DNA from: an uncultured Solirubrobacteraceae bacterium
GTDB lineage: Bacteria > Actinomycetota > Thermoleophilia > Solirubrobacterales > Solirubrobacteraceae
Reading direction: 5' to 3'
Length of the DNA stretch: 64,000 nt
Assembly (NCBI GenBank): GCA_963704495.1
Contig: OY969911.1
Coordinates: 1,764,060 to 1,828,059 of the forward strand
Part shown: positions 18,619 to 29,330 of the stretch, one piece after another
Numbering within the stretch: position 1 is the stretch's first letter
Layout of the letters: every line of letters starts with the position of its first letter
Position numbers and translations under genes: made by a program
Notes under the pieces: generated by a model
What the model saw: the letters and a program-made list of their open reading frames with translations, nothing else
What the model was told of the DNA's origin: nothing
Database searches by the model: none

Positions 18619-20075
18619 GTGAGAAGCGCCTCCGAAAGCCTGCAGCAGCACCTCGAACGTCCGCTGCGGCGCGGGCACATGCCGGCCGACGCGCACACCG
18701 GCGCCGCCGGTGGTGCCGCCTGCGGCGACCTCGTCCGCATCTCGCTGGCCGTCGACTCGACCAGCCCCGATGGCCAGATCCTCGATGCCGGCTTCGACGC
18801 CAGCGGCTGCGGCGCCGCGATCGCCGCCGGGAGCGCCGTCGTCGGCCTGATCAGCGGCGTGCCATTGCTCGACGCCGCGCGGATCGGCCCCGGGCAGATC
18901 GAAGACGAGCTCGGCGGGCTCAGCGCTCCCAAGCGCCACGCCGCCGAGCTTGCCGCCGATGCGCTGCACCGCGCGCTCGGCTGGGCCGCCCGCGAGCAGG
19001 CGCAACTCGCGCCGTCGCTCGACGCGGGCGCTCGTCGCGATGAGCGGCGGCGTCGACAGCGCCGTCGCCGCGCTGCTCGTCGCCCGTGACGGCGCCGAGG
19101 CCGTCGGCGTCACGCTCGAGCTGTGGTCAGACCCCGAGAACGACGGCGAGGCGAGCTGCTGCTCGGCGCAGGCCGTGCGCGGCGCGCGCGAGCTCGCCCA
19201 CGGCCTCGGCATGCCCCACCTCTCGATCGATCTGCGCGCCGAGTTCCGCGCCGGCGTCGTCGACGGCTGGCTCGCCGATCACGGCGCAGGCCTCACGCCC
19301 AACCCGTGCGTGCGCTGCAACGGCAACGTGCGCCTCGACGCGATGCTCGAGCTCGGCGAGCGGCTCGGCGCGCAGACGCTCGCCACCGGCCACTACGCGC
19401 GTGTCGAGGACGGCGGGATGCTGCGCGATGGCGGCCGACGTCGCCAAGGACCAGACCTACGTGCTCTCCGCGCTCGCGCCCGCCTCGCTGGCGCGCCTGC
19501 GCTTCCCGCTCGGCGCGATGCACAAGCGATCAGGTGCGCGAGGTGGCCGCCGAAGCCGGCTTGAGCGTCGCGCGCAAGCCCGACTCGCAGGACCTCTGCT
19601 TCCTCGCCGGCACGCGCCACGGCGACTTCCTCGAGCGCCACGGCGGCCTCGGCGTCAAGCCCGGCCCGATCGTCGATCGCCAGGGCACCGTGCTCGGCGA
19701 GCACCGCGGCGCGCACGCCTACACCGTCGGCCAACGCCACGGCCTCGGCATCGGCGCGCCGGCAGCCGCTGTACGTGCTCGCCACCGACCCCCGTGCGAA
19801 CACGGTCACCGTCGGTCCGCGCACGGCGCTGCTTGCCGAGAGCCTGCCCGTCAGCGAGCTGACGCTGCACCGCGACGCGGGGTGTGTGGACGGCGTGCGC
19901 GTGCGCTCGCATGGGCGGCGCTTTCCCTGCCGCGTCGAGCGCGACCTGCGCGCCGGGCGCCACGCGCAGCGCGAGCATCGCCCTGGCCGAGCCCGCCGAG
20001 CGCACCGCGCCGGGTCAGCTCGCCTGCCTGTACGCCGGTGACGTGGTCGTCGGCTACGGGACGATCGCCTCCTGA
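18619..20075 (+). CDS. mnmA: IscU/NifU-N domain followed by, and probably fused to, tRNA 2-thiouridylase MnmA (frameshifts)
   Basis: AACGD, ASGCGAAIA; VAMSGGVDS, SCCS, PNPCVRCN, ATGHY, KDQTY, SQDLCF, APGQ. Confidence 0.88.
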
Positions 20076-20132
20076 CGCCTGCCTGACGCCGGCCTGCGAG
20101 TTGCGACCCAAGTAACTGAGATGCTTCGCCCG

Positions 20133-22829
20133 ATGACATCTGACGAGATCCGCGAGCGCTACCTGGCGTTCTTCGAGGAACGCGGCCACAAGCGCATCCC
20201 CTCGGCTTCGCTGGTGCCCTCCGCGCACGACCCCTCGGCGCTGCTGACCGTCGCCGGGATGCACCCGCTGAAGCCCTACTTCCTCGGCCAGGAGACCCCG
20301 CCGGCCACGCGCCTGACCGACTGCCAGAAGGTCTTTCGCACGGTCGACATCGACAACGTCGGCAACACCGCCCGGCACCTGACGTTCTTTGAGATGCTCG
20401 GCAACTTCTCCTTCGGCGACTACTTCAAGCACGAGGCGATCGAGTTCGCCTGGCAGCTCTCGCGCGAAGTGTTCGGCTTCGCCCCCGAGAGACATCTGGG
20501 TGACCGTGTTCGAGGGCGACGAGGGGCTGGGGCTCGGCCCCGACGAGGAGGCGATCTCCCACTGGCTGGAGGTGGGCGTGCCGCGCGAGCGGATCGTCGC
20601 AATGCCCGCGCTCGGAGAACTTCTGGCAGGCCGGTCCGAACGGGCCTTGCGGGCCGTGCTCGGAGCTGTACTTCGATCGCGGGGTCGAGTTCGGCTCCGC
20701 CCGAGCGATCTGCCGGGCGGCGAGAACGAGCGCTTCCTGGAGTACTGGAACCTCGTGTTCATGCAGTACGACCAGCAGGGCGGAAACGGCTCAAACCGCT
20801 GCCGGCCAACAACATCGACACCGGTCTCGGGCCTGAACCGCATGGCGGCGATCCTGCAGGACAAGCCCTCGGTGTTCGAGACCGACCAGTTCCAGCCGCT
20901 GATCGAGCTCGGCGAGCAGCTCTCGGGACGCAGCTACGGCGAGGACTTCGCGAGTCGACCGCGCGCTGCGGATCCTTGCCGACCACTCACGCGCGATGAC
21001 GTTCCTCGTGGCCGACGGCGTCGTGCCCTCGAACGAGGATCGCGGCTACGTGCTGCGCCGCGTGATGCGCCGCGCGATCCAGCAGGGCCGCGCCCTGGAG
21101 CTGGAGCCAGGCTTCCTCACGCGCTACGCCGAGCGCGTGCGGGAGCTGATGGGCGGCGCCTACCCCGAGCTGCGCGAGCAGCGTGCGGCGATCGACACCT
21201 GGCTGGCCTCCGAGGAGGAGGGCTTCGGGCGCACGTTGACCCAGGGCATGCAGACGCTGCGCGGGCTGATCGAGCAGGCGCGCGCGGCAGGACGCGCGAA
21301 CGTGCCGGCGGAGGATGTCTTTCGCCTGCACGACACGTACGGGTTCCCGTATGAGATGACCAAGGAGCTGCTCGGCGAGGAGGGCCTTGCGATCGAAGGC
21401 GACTTCGAGTCGCTGATGGAGGAGCAGCGCGTGCGCAGCCGCGCGGGCGGCTCGCCGGGGACCAGCGCGACGACCAACGGCGACGCGGGCGCGGGCGATC
21501 CGCGCGCGCTGGCGAGCGACTTCGCTGGGCAGGCGGACTTCCGAGACGCGCTTCACGGGCTATGAGACCGAGCGCCAGCACACGACGGTCGGTGCGATCG
21601 AGCGCCGAGAACGGCGGCTACCTGGTGAAGCTCGCCGAGTCGCCCTTCTACGCGCCCGGCGGCGGCCAGGTGGCGGACGGGGGCACGATCGAATGCGAGC
21701 ACGGCGACTGCCGCGCGCGCGTGCAGGAGGTCTTCCGCCTGGGTGACGACCAGGCGCTTTCGGTCGTGATCGAGCAGGGCGAGCTCGAGCCCGGAGAGCA
21801 GGTGCTCGCGGCGGTCGACCATCGCGCTCGTCACGCGACAGAGGCCAACCACACGGCGACGCACCTGCTGCAGGCGGCGCTGCGCGAGCGCCTCGGCAGC
21901 CACGTGCGCCAGGCCGGCTCCTACGTCGGCCCGGACAAGCTGCGCTTCGACTTCAGCCACGGGCAGGGGCTCACCGATGAGGAGCTGCGCGACATCGAGG
22001 ACCGCGTCAACGAGTGGATCGCGCGCAACGACCCGGTGCGCCCGATCACGACGACGCTGGATGAGGCCAAGCGCCTCGGCGCGATGGCGCTGTTCGGCGA
22101 GAAGTACGGCGAGGTCGTGCGCATGGTCGAGGTCGGCGACGGCGAGTACTCGCGCGAGCTGTGCGGCGGCACGCACGTGCGCTCGACCGCCGAGATCGGT
22201 CCCTTCCGGATCATCGAGCGAGACCTCGAGCGCGGCCAACGTGCGCCGTATCGAGGCGCTCACGGGGCCGGCGGCGGTCGAGCTGCTGCGCGCGCACGAC
22301 AGGGTGCTGGGCGAGGTCGCCGCAGACGCTGCGCACCCGCCCTGAGGAGGCAGGCGAGGTCGTCAAGGCGCGCGAGCAGGAGCGCAAGGAGCTCGAGAAC
22401 GAGGCTCAAGAGCGGCGGCGTAGCGGGCGTGGCGCCGGCGCTGGGATCGATCTTGATGCAATTGATTGCCGGCGTCGTGGACGTCGCCGGCGCACCGGTC
22501 TTCGACAGCCGTCGTCGAGGTGGACGACGCCAAGGCGCTGCTTGGACCTGGCCGATCGGCTGAAGGGCAAGCTCGAGGGCGCGGCGATCGTGCTCGGCAC
22601 GGCCGTCGAGGGACGCGTGCACTTGCTCGTCAGCGTCGCGCCGGAGCTCGTCGCAGCGCGGCGTGAAGGCCGGCGACGATCGTCAAGCAGGCGGCGGCCG
22701 AGGTCGTGGGCGGTGGCGGCGGCGGGCGCGACACGCTCGCGCAGGCGGGCGGGCGCGAGCCGCGAGCAAGCTGCGGCGAGGCGCTCGATGCGGCCAAGGC
22801 GGCGATCGCCGCGGCGCTGGCAGAGCTGA
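20133..22829 (+). CDS. alaS: Alanine-tRNA ligase (many apparent frameshifts)
   Basis: [46 protein letters not shown]. Confidence 0.95.
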
Positions 22830-23229
22830 TGCGGGTGCTGGCGCTCGACTACGGCAGCGCCCGCTGTGGCTGCGCGGTCAGCGACCCGACGGGAACGATC
22901 GTCACGCCGATCGAGCCGGTCCTGCGCCCTGGCAGCAAGCGCGGCCTCGCGGCGCTGCGTGCAGCTCGTCGGCGAGCGCGAGGTGCAGCACGTCGTCGTG
23001 GGGCTGCCGCTGTCGCTCGAGCGGGCACGACACCGAGCAGACGCGCGAGACGCGCGAGTTCGCCGAGCGCCTCGGCCGCCGGCTCGGCGAGGACGTGCCG
23101 GTCGAGCTGCACGACGAGCGCTTCACGACGCGGATGGCCCAGCGCCTGGACGGCCCGGCGAGCGCCAGCGAGGACTCGCGCGCGGCTGCGCACATGCTCG
23201 AGAGTTGGATGGCAGCGCAGCCTCAATAA
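22829..23229 (+). CDS. ruvX: YqgF/RuvX family nuclease (frameshifted)
   Basis: [27 protein letters not shown]. Confidence 0.88.
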
Positions 23230-23239
23230 GGTCTCCACC

Positions 23240-24852
23240 TTGGCTCGCGGCAACCGCTCACAGGACTCGCACGAACGCACGGCGCAGGAGCGCGAGCACG
23301 ATCGCCTGGCGCGCGAACGGCGCCGCGCGGAGCGGGAAGGCGCCCACGCGCCCGTGTCCGAGCCGCCGAGCGTGCCCGATCGGGCGCTGGAGCCCGAGCA
23401 GCCGCCTGGGATCGAGCCGCCGGTCGCACAGCCCGTGCCCGAGCAGGCTGCGGAGCCTGTCCTGCAGACCCCGCCGATCCCCGAGCCCGAGGAGCAGCAA
23501 CCGCCGCCGTCGACGCAGGAGCCGGCGCCGATCCCGCCGAGCGAGTTCGACTCGCCGTTCCTGCCGCGCGAAACGGACATGCCGTTCGCGCCGCCGCATC
23601 CAGAACGGCCACAGGAGCTGGACTTCGAGCACGACGAGGCGTATGAGTCCCAGCCGGATCCGCCGCGGCGAGCAAGCGGCATCCCGGGCGGCGCGGGCCT
23701 CTCTGCGGGTCGGGGGAAAAGGGGGCGCGGCGGTGGCGGGCGCGCTGGACGTGCGGTGCGCGACGGCCGGCCGCCGGGCCGGCGCCTGACGCGCGCGCGC
23801 CTGGCGGCGCTCTTGGCGCTGGCGGCGGCGATCGCGCTCGTGTGGTTCCTGCTGTCCTTGTTCCAGCCATTCGCGGGCGACGGCCACGGCAGGGTGATCG
23901 TGCAGATCCCGAAGGGCTCGAGCTCGAGCAAGGTGGGCTCGATCCTGGCGCACGACGACGTCATCTCCTCGGGCTTCTTCTTCAACTTGCGTGCGCTGCT
24001 GGCGGGCAAGCGCAGCTCGCTTCACTCGGGGCGCTTCGTGCTGAAGCACGAGATGAGCTATTCGACGGCGATCGACGCGCTGAGCAAGCCGCCGCCGAAG
24101 GTGATCGCGGTGAAGGTGGTGATCCCGGAGGGCTACACGCGCCGGCAGATCTCAGAGCTCGTGCGCGAAGACGCGCTCAGCGGCGACTATCTAGCAGCGA
24201 GCGAGCGCTCGCGCCTGCTCAGCCCGCGCCACTACGGCGCTCCGCGCGGCACGCGCAACCTCGAGGGCTTCCTCTTCCCGGCGACGTATGACCTGCGCGC
24301 GGGGGCGCCGGTGCAGAAGCTCGTCGACGAACAGCTGATCGCTTTCCGCAGGCGCTTCGGTGCGGCGGACACCCGTCGTGCGCACGCGCTGGGGGTGACG
24401 CCCTACGAAATGCTCACGGTGGCCTCGATGATCGAGCGCGAGGCGCAGAGTGAACACGACCGGCCGTTGATCGCGGCGGTGATCTACAACCGGCTGCGCG
24501 AAGGGATCCCGCTGGGGATCGACGCGACGATCTACTACGCCGTCGAGCAGCAGAAAGGGATCGCGACGTACACGGGTGAACTGACGCAGTCGAGCTGAAG
24601 ATCGACTCGCCCTACAACACGCGCACGCACAAAGGCGTGCCGCCGACGCCGATCTCGAACCCTGGCGAGGCGTCGATCCACGCGGCGGCACACCCGGCGC
24701 ACGTCCCGTACCTGTACTACGTGGCGGGCGCGGACGGCTGTGGCGAGCAGGTCTTCTCGAAGTCCTACGGGCAGTTCGAAAAAGACGTCGCCGCCTACGA
24801 CGCGGCGGTGAAGAAGAACGGCGGCAAGCCGCCGGCGTGCAAGAAGAAGTGA
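23240..24852 (+). CDS. mltG: Endolytic transglycosylase MltG with long Pro-rich N-terminus (frameshift ~24595)
   Basis: IPEG, LEGFLFPATY, ASMIERE, SPYNT, PPTPISNPG. Confidence 0.9.
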
Positions 24853-25664
24853 TGCACCGTCTCGGCGTGCTGGGCTGGCCGGTTGCACACAGCCGCTCGC
24901 CGGCGATCCACAACGCGGCGCTCGCGGCGCTGGGGATGGGCGACTGGCACTATCAGCTCTTGCCGGTGCCGCCGGAGCTGTTCGCGGAGACGACGCGCGG
25001 GCTCGGCGTCGCGGGCTTCGTGGGGGCCAACGTGACGATCCCGCACAAGCAGGCGGCGCTGGCGCTGGCGGACTCGGCGAGCGAGGCGGCGAGGGCGATC
25101 GGCGCGGCGAACACGCTGACGTTCGCCCCCGACGGGACGATCGCGGCGGAGAACACGGACGCGCCGGGGCTGATCGCGGCGATCGGCGAGCCGCTCGGCG
25201 GCAAGCGCGCGCTCGTGCTGGGCGCGGGGGGCAGCGCGCGCGCGGCGGCATGGGCGCTGCGCGAGGCGGGCGCGGCGGAGGTGGCGGTCTGGAACCGCAC
25301 GGGCGAGCGCGCGGCGGAGCTGGCGCGCGAGCTGGGCGTGAGCGCAACGGCCGAGCCACGGGCGGCAGACCTGTTGGTCAACTGCACGGCGGTCGGTCTC
25401 GCGCAGACGGGCGAGCCGGGCAGCGAGCTCGGGCAGCTCGGGCTCGCACCGGCGCTGATCGGCGAATTCGAGACGGTCGTCGACCTCGTCTACCGGGAGG
25501 GCGTGACGGAGCTGCTGGCGGCGGCGCAGGCGCAGGGCGCGCGCACGCTCGATGGCCTGGAGATCCTCGTCGCGCAGGGCGCGCTCAGCTTCGAGCTGTG
25601 GACGGGGCGCGAGGCGCCGCTGCAGGCGATGCGCGAGGCCACGCGCCCAGCCGCCACGGGCTAG
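24852..25664 (+). CDS. aroE: Shikimate dehydrogenase
   Basis: HSRSPAIH, GANVTIPHK, NTD, LGAGG. Confidence 0.93.
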   Translation: MHRLGVLGWPVAHSRSPAIHNAALAALGMGDWHYQLLPVPPELFAETTRGLGVAGFVGANVTIPHKQAALALADSASEAARAIGAANTLTFAPDGTIAAENTDAPGLIAAIGEPLGGKRALVLGAGGSARAAAWALREAGAAEVAVWNRTGERAAELARELGVSATAEPRAADLLVNCTAVGLAQTGEPGSELGQLGLAPALIGEFETVVDLVYREGVTELLAAAQAQGARTLDGLEILVAQGALSFELWTGREAPLQAMREATRPAATG

Positions 25665-25778
25665 GGCCGGCCGCGGTCCATAGCAGCGCTCGGGCGATCC
25701 CTCAAGCGCGTTCAAACCTTTGTCCAGTGCGGGGCATTGCACGCGATTCTCAGCGCCTCACGGTCGATGGGCGGACCC

Positions 25779-26876
25779 ATGGATATAGATTTCGCAGATC
25801 TGCTGATGGAGGTCGTCTCGCGCCGGGCGTCCGACCTGCACCTGAGCGCCGGCGCGCACCCTACCGTCCGCGTCCGCGGCCGCCTCACGCCGCTGGAGGA
25901 GTATCCGAAGCTCTCGGCGACGGACACGCGCGAGATCGTCTACTCGATCCTCACGGGAGACCAGCGCCAGCGTCTTGAGACGAATTGGCAGCTGGACTTC
26001 GCCTACTCGATCCCGGGCCACGCCCGCTTCCGTGTGAACGCCTACTTCCAGCGCGGCGCGATCGGCGCGGCGTTCCGTCTGATCCCAACCAACCTGTCAA
26101 GCATCGACGAGCTGGGCCTGCCGACGGCGGTACACGAGTTCACGCGCCGCCCGCGCGGCTTCGTGCTCGTAACGGGGCCGACGGGCTCGGGGAAGTCCAC
26201 CTCGCTGGCGGCGATGATCGACGAGATCAACAAGACGCGCGAGGAGCACATCATGACGATCGAGGACCCGATCGAGTTCCTGCACGGGCACAAGAAGTGC
26301 CTGGTCAACCAGCGCGAGCTGGGCTCGGACGCGCAGAGCTTCGGCGACGCGCTGAAGGCGGCCCTGCGCCAGGACCCGGACGTGATCCTGGTCGGCGAGA
26401 TGCGCGACCTGGAGACGATCTCGACGGCCCTGACGGCGGCCGAGACGGGCCACCTGGTGTTCGCGACGCTGCACACGCAGGACACGGCGCAGACGATCGA
26501 CCGCATCATCGACGTGTTTCCGGCTCATCAGCAGGGTCAGGTGCGGGTGCAGCTCTCAGTGGCGCTGCAGGGGATCATGACCCAGCAGCTGCTGCCGAAC
26601 GCGGACGGCTCGGGACGGGTCGTGGCGACGGAGATCCTCGTGCCGAACCCGGCCGTGCGCAACCTGATCCGCGAGGGCAAGACGCACCAGATCTACTCGG
26701 TGCTGCAGACGGGGTCCTCGACGGGCATGCAGACGATGGATGCGTCGCTGGCGACGCTCGTGCGCGGTGGTCAGATCAGCCGTAAGCTGGCCGAAGCGCG
26801 CTCCTCCACGCCGGAGGAGCTCGGGCGTCTGCTCGGAGCCGAGACGCTCGACCTCGGCCAGCGGGCAGCGGCGTAG
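25779..26876 (+). CDS. pilT: Type IV pilus retraction ATPase
   Basis: GPTGSGKST, TIEDPIE, ALRQDPDVILVGEMRD, NLIREGK. Confidence 0.95.
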   Translation: MDIDFADLLMEVVSRRASDLHLSAGAHPTVRVRGRLTPLEEYPKLSATDTREIVYSILTGDQRQRLETNWQLDFAYSIPGHARFRVNAYFQRGAIGAAFRLIPTNLSSIDELGLPTAVHEFTRRPRGFVLVTGPTGSGKSTSLAAMIDEINKTREEHIMTIEDPIEFLHGHKKCLVNQRELGSDAQSFGDALKAALRQDPDVILVGEMRDLETISTALTAAETGHLVFATLHTQDTAQTIDRIIDVFPAHQQGQVRVQLSVALQGIMTQQLLPNADGSGRVVATEILVPNPAVRNLIREGKTHQIYSVLQTGSSTGMQTMDASLATLVRGGQISRKLAEARSSTPEELGRLLGAETLDLGQRAAA

Positions 26877-26888
26877 GGGCAGCTCCAG

Positions 26889-28097
26889 ATGAGCACGTAC
26901 GTCTTCAAGGCCATGGACCTCGCCGGCGTCAAGGCGCGCGGCGAACTGGAGGCCGACTCCAAGCAGGCGGTCTCCGACCAGCTCAAGCAGCGCGGGCTGA
27001 TCGTGCTGGAGATCGCCGACAAGCACGCCTCGCGCGAGATCGAGCTGCCGTTCTCGAAGTCGATCAACGCCTCGGAGCTGGCCGTCTTCTCGCGCCAGCT
27101 GGCGACGATGATCACCTCGGGCATGAGCATCCTGCGGGCGCTGTACGTGCTCGAGTGGCAGACGGAGAACAAGTTTCTGAAGGAAACGATCGTGGCGGTG
27201 CGCAAGGATGTCGAGGCGGGGCTCTCGCTGAGCGACTCGCTGGCGCGTCACCCCAAGGTCTTCAACCCGCTGTTCGTCGCGATGGCGCAGGCGGGCGAGG
27301 CGGGCGGCGTGCTCGAGGACGCGCTGCTGCGCGTGGCCGACCAGCTCGAGAAGGACGCCTCGTTGCGGCGCCAGATTCGCTCGGCGATGGTCTACCCGAT
27401 CCTCGTGATCATCTTCGCGGTGGGCGTGATGATGGCGCTGGTGGCCTTCCTCGTGCCGGTTTTCGAGGGCGTCTTCAAACAGTTCGGCGGCGAACTGCCG
27501 TCGATCACGAAGGTCTCGGTCTTCCTCTCGCACGCAGTGACCGGCTACTGGTGGCTGATCTTTCTACTGGCTGCGGGCACTGCCGTGGGCTTTCTGAAGT
27601 GGAAGAAGTCGTCGTGGGGTCGCCCGCAGTGGGACCACTTCCGCCTGCGCATCCCGATGAAGATCGGAGCGATCGTGCAGCAGGTCGCGGTGGCGCGCTG
27701 GTCGCGCACGCTGTCCTCGCTGACGAGCGCGGGCGTGCCGCTGCTGCTTGCCCTCGACATCACGGGCCGCACGGGCGGCAACGTGGCGGTCGAGGAGGCG
27801 ATGGAGGGCGTGATCGCCTCGGTCAAGCGCGGTGGCACGATCGCGGCGCCGCTGGCGCAGGCTCCGATCTTCCCGGTGATGGTCACGCACATGGTCGGCG
27901 TGGGCGAGGAAACGGGTGCGCTGGACACGATGCTCGACAAGGTCGCGGAGTTCTACGAGGACCAGGTGGAAGCGTCGGTCAAGGCGCTGACGTCGATCCT
28001 CGAGCCGATCATGATCATCGTGATCGGCGGCATCGTCGGCTTCATCGTGATCTCGATGTACCTGCCGCTGTTCACGGTCTACAACAGCATCAAATAG
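26889..28097 (+). CDS. pilC: Type IV pilus platform protein (GspF family)
   Basis: FSRQLATM, AGEAGG, VGEETG, LEP. Confidence 0.93.
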   Translation: MSTYVFKAMDLAGVKARGELEADSKQAVSDQLKQRGLIVLEIADKHASREIELPFSKSINASELAVFSRQLATMITSGMSILRALYVLEWQTENKFLKETIVAVRKDVEAGLSLSDSLARHPKVFNPLFVAMAQAGEAGGVLEDALLRVADQLEKDASLRRQIRSAMVYPILVIIFAVGVMMALVAFLVPVFEGVFKQFGGELPSITKVSVFLSHAVTGYWWLIFLLAAGTAVGFLKWKKSSWGRPQWDHFRLRIPMKIGAIVQQVAVARWSRTLSSLTSAGVPLLLALDITGRTGGNVAVEEAMEGVIASVKRGGTIAAPLAQAPIFPVMVTHMVGVGEETGALDTMLDKVAEFYEDQVEASVKALTSILEPIMIIVIGGIVGFIVISMYLPLFTVYNSIK

Positions 28098-28145
28098 CGA
28101 CTCTCGCGCCGGCGAGCCCCTTCTCGCAAGCCTGGCCGGCCGCGC

Positions 28146-29330
28146 TCAGCCCTTGTCGGCTGTCGAGATTCGCAGCGTGTGATCACGGACGGACAGCGAG
28201 ACGCGGCCGTCGAGTAGCGCGAGCAACTCAGCGCCGGCGAGCTCGCGCCGCCAGCCGCGCAGCGTGCGCACGTCGCTTGCGATCCTGCCGCAGCGCCAGG
28301 CGGCGATGATCGCCTGCAGGTCGGCGCGCGCGGCGAGCAGCTCGTAGGCGAGGCCTGCTTCACGCGCACGGGTGCGAACCAGCGCCTCGCCGAGTGCGAT
28401 CAAGGCCGTATCTTCGGCGCGCAACGCCGGCAGATGTGCCTCGGTTGGCGCCTTCTCCGCCGGCAGTTGGCGCGCGCGCTGTACGACAAGCACGATCTCC
28501 TCGCCGCGGCGGCGTAGGTTGGCGCCGGTGCCGCGGATTTGCTCGAGCTCGCCGGTCGAGCCGGGCTTGCGCTTGGCGATCTCGATCAACGCAACGTCGG
28601 TGAGTATGCTCCGTGCGGGCCGGTCTGCTTGCGCCGCGGTCTGCTCGCGCCACTCTACGAGTGCGCGTGCAATCGGGCGTGAGGACGGGCTCAGGCTGCG
28701 CACGCGGGGCAGGCGCGCGAAGATCGCCCCTGGCTTGCGTTCGTCGCGTGCGCGTCGTACCGGCTCGCACTCCTCGCGCGCCCACTCCAGTCGTCCGAGT
28801 CCTGTCAGCCGGCGCTCGAGCTCGGCAGCGAGCTCGAGCAGGTGCTCGACGTCCTCGCGCGCGTAGGAGAGCTGCTCGTCCGACAGCGGACGACGCTCCC
28901 AATGGGTGAAACTCGCGCTCTTTGCCAGGCGCACGTCGAGCACGTCGCCGAGCAGCGAGTCATAAGAGGACTGCGCGCCCAGCCCGGCGAAGCCGGCGGC
29001 GATCTGCGTGTCGAACAGGTTGGTCACCTCCGTGCGGAGCATTCGACGCGCGAGCGCGACGTCCTGGCGCCCGGCGTGCACGACGATCTCGACGGCCGGA
29101 TCGGCCAGCAGCGCGGCGAGCGAGGAGCCGTCGAAGCCCTCGGCGAGCGGGTCGAGCACGACGATTGTTTTGCCCTCGCCGTCGGCGCGCGGCACGGCGA
29201 GCTGGATCAGGCAGAGCAGCGTGCGATAGCGCCCCTCGCCGACGAACTCGGTGTCGATCCCGAGTCGCCCGGCGGCGCGCGCTTCGGCGACGAGTGCTTC
29301 GTCGAGCGCGAGCATCTCCCCGTCGCTCAC
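28146..29330 (-). CDS. rnd: Ribonuclease D (3'-5' exonuclease plus HRDC)
   Basis: GIDTEF, HAGRQD, FDTQIAA, YAREDV. Confidence 0.9.
   Translation of the reverse strand: MSDGEMLALDEALVAEARAAGRLGIDTEFVGEGRYRTLLCLIQLAVPRADGEGKTIVVLDPLAEGFDGSSLAALLADPAVEIVVHAGRQDVALARRMLRTEVTNLFDTQIAAGFAGLGAQSSYDSLLGDVLDVRLAKSASFTHWERRPLSDEQLSYAREDVEHLLELAAELERRLTGLGRLEWAREECEPVRRARDERKPGAIFARLPRVRSLSPSSRPIARALVEWREQTAAQADRPARSILTDVALIEIAKRKPGSTGELEQIRGTGANLRRRGEEIVLVVQRARQLPAEKAPTEAHLPALRAEDTALIALGEALVRTRAREAGLAYELLAARADLQAIIAAWRCGRIASDVRTLRGWRRELAGAELLALLDGRVSLSVRDHTLRISTADKG

Noticed and set aside
16482-23229. Pseudogenes or programmed frameshifts in hisS, mnmA, alaS and ruvX
   Set aside because: Essential genes with scattered indels and well-preserved motifs; sequencing error is more likely
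22706-24598. AlaS-RuvX-MltG fusion ORF
   Set aside because: Produced by indels joining three known genes
25700-25770. Full sigma-28-like promoter for pilT
   Set aside because: The -10-like GTCGATGG has no matching -35 at 15-nt spacing; noted only as partial
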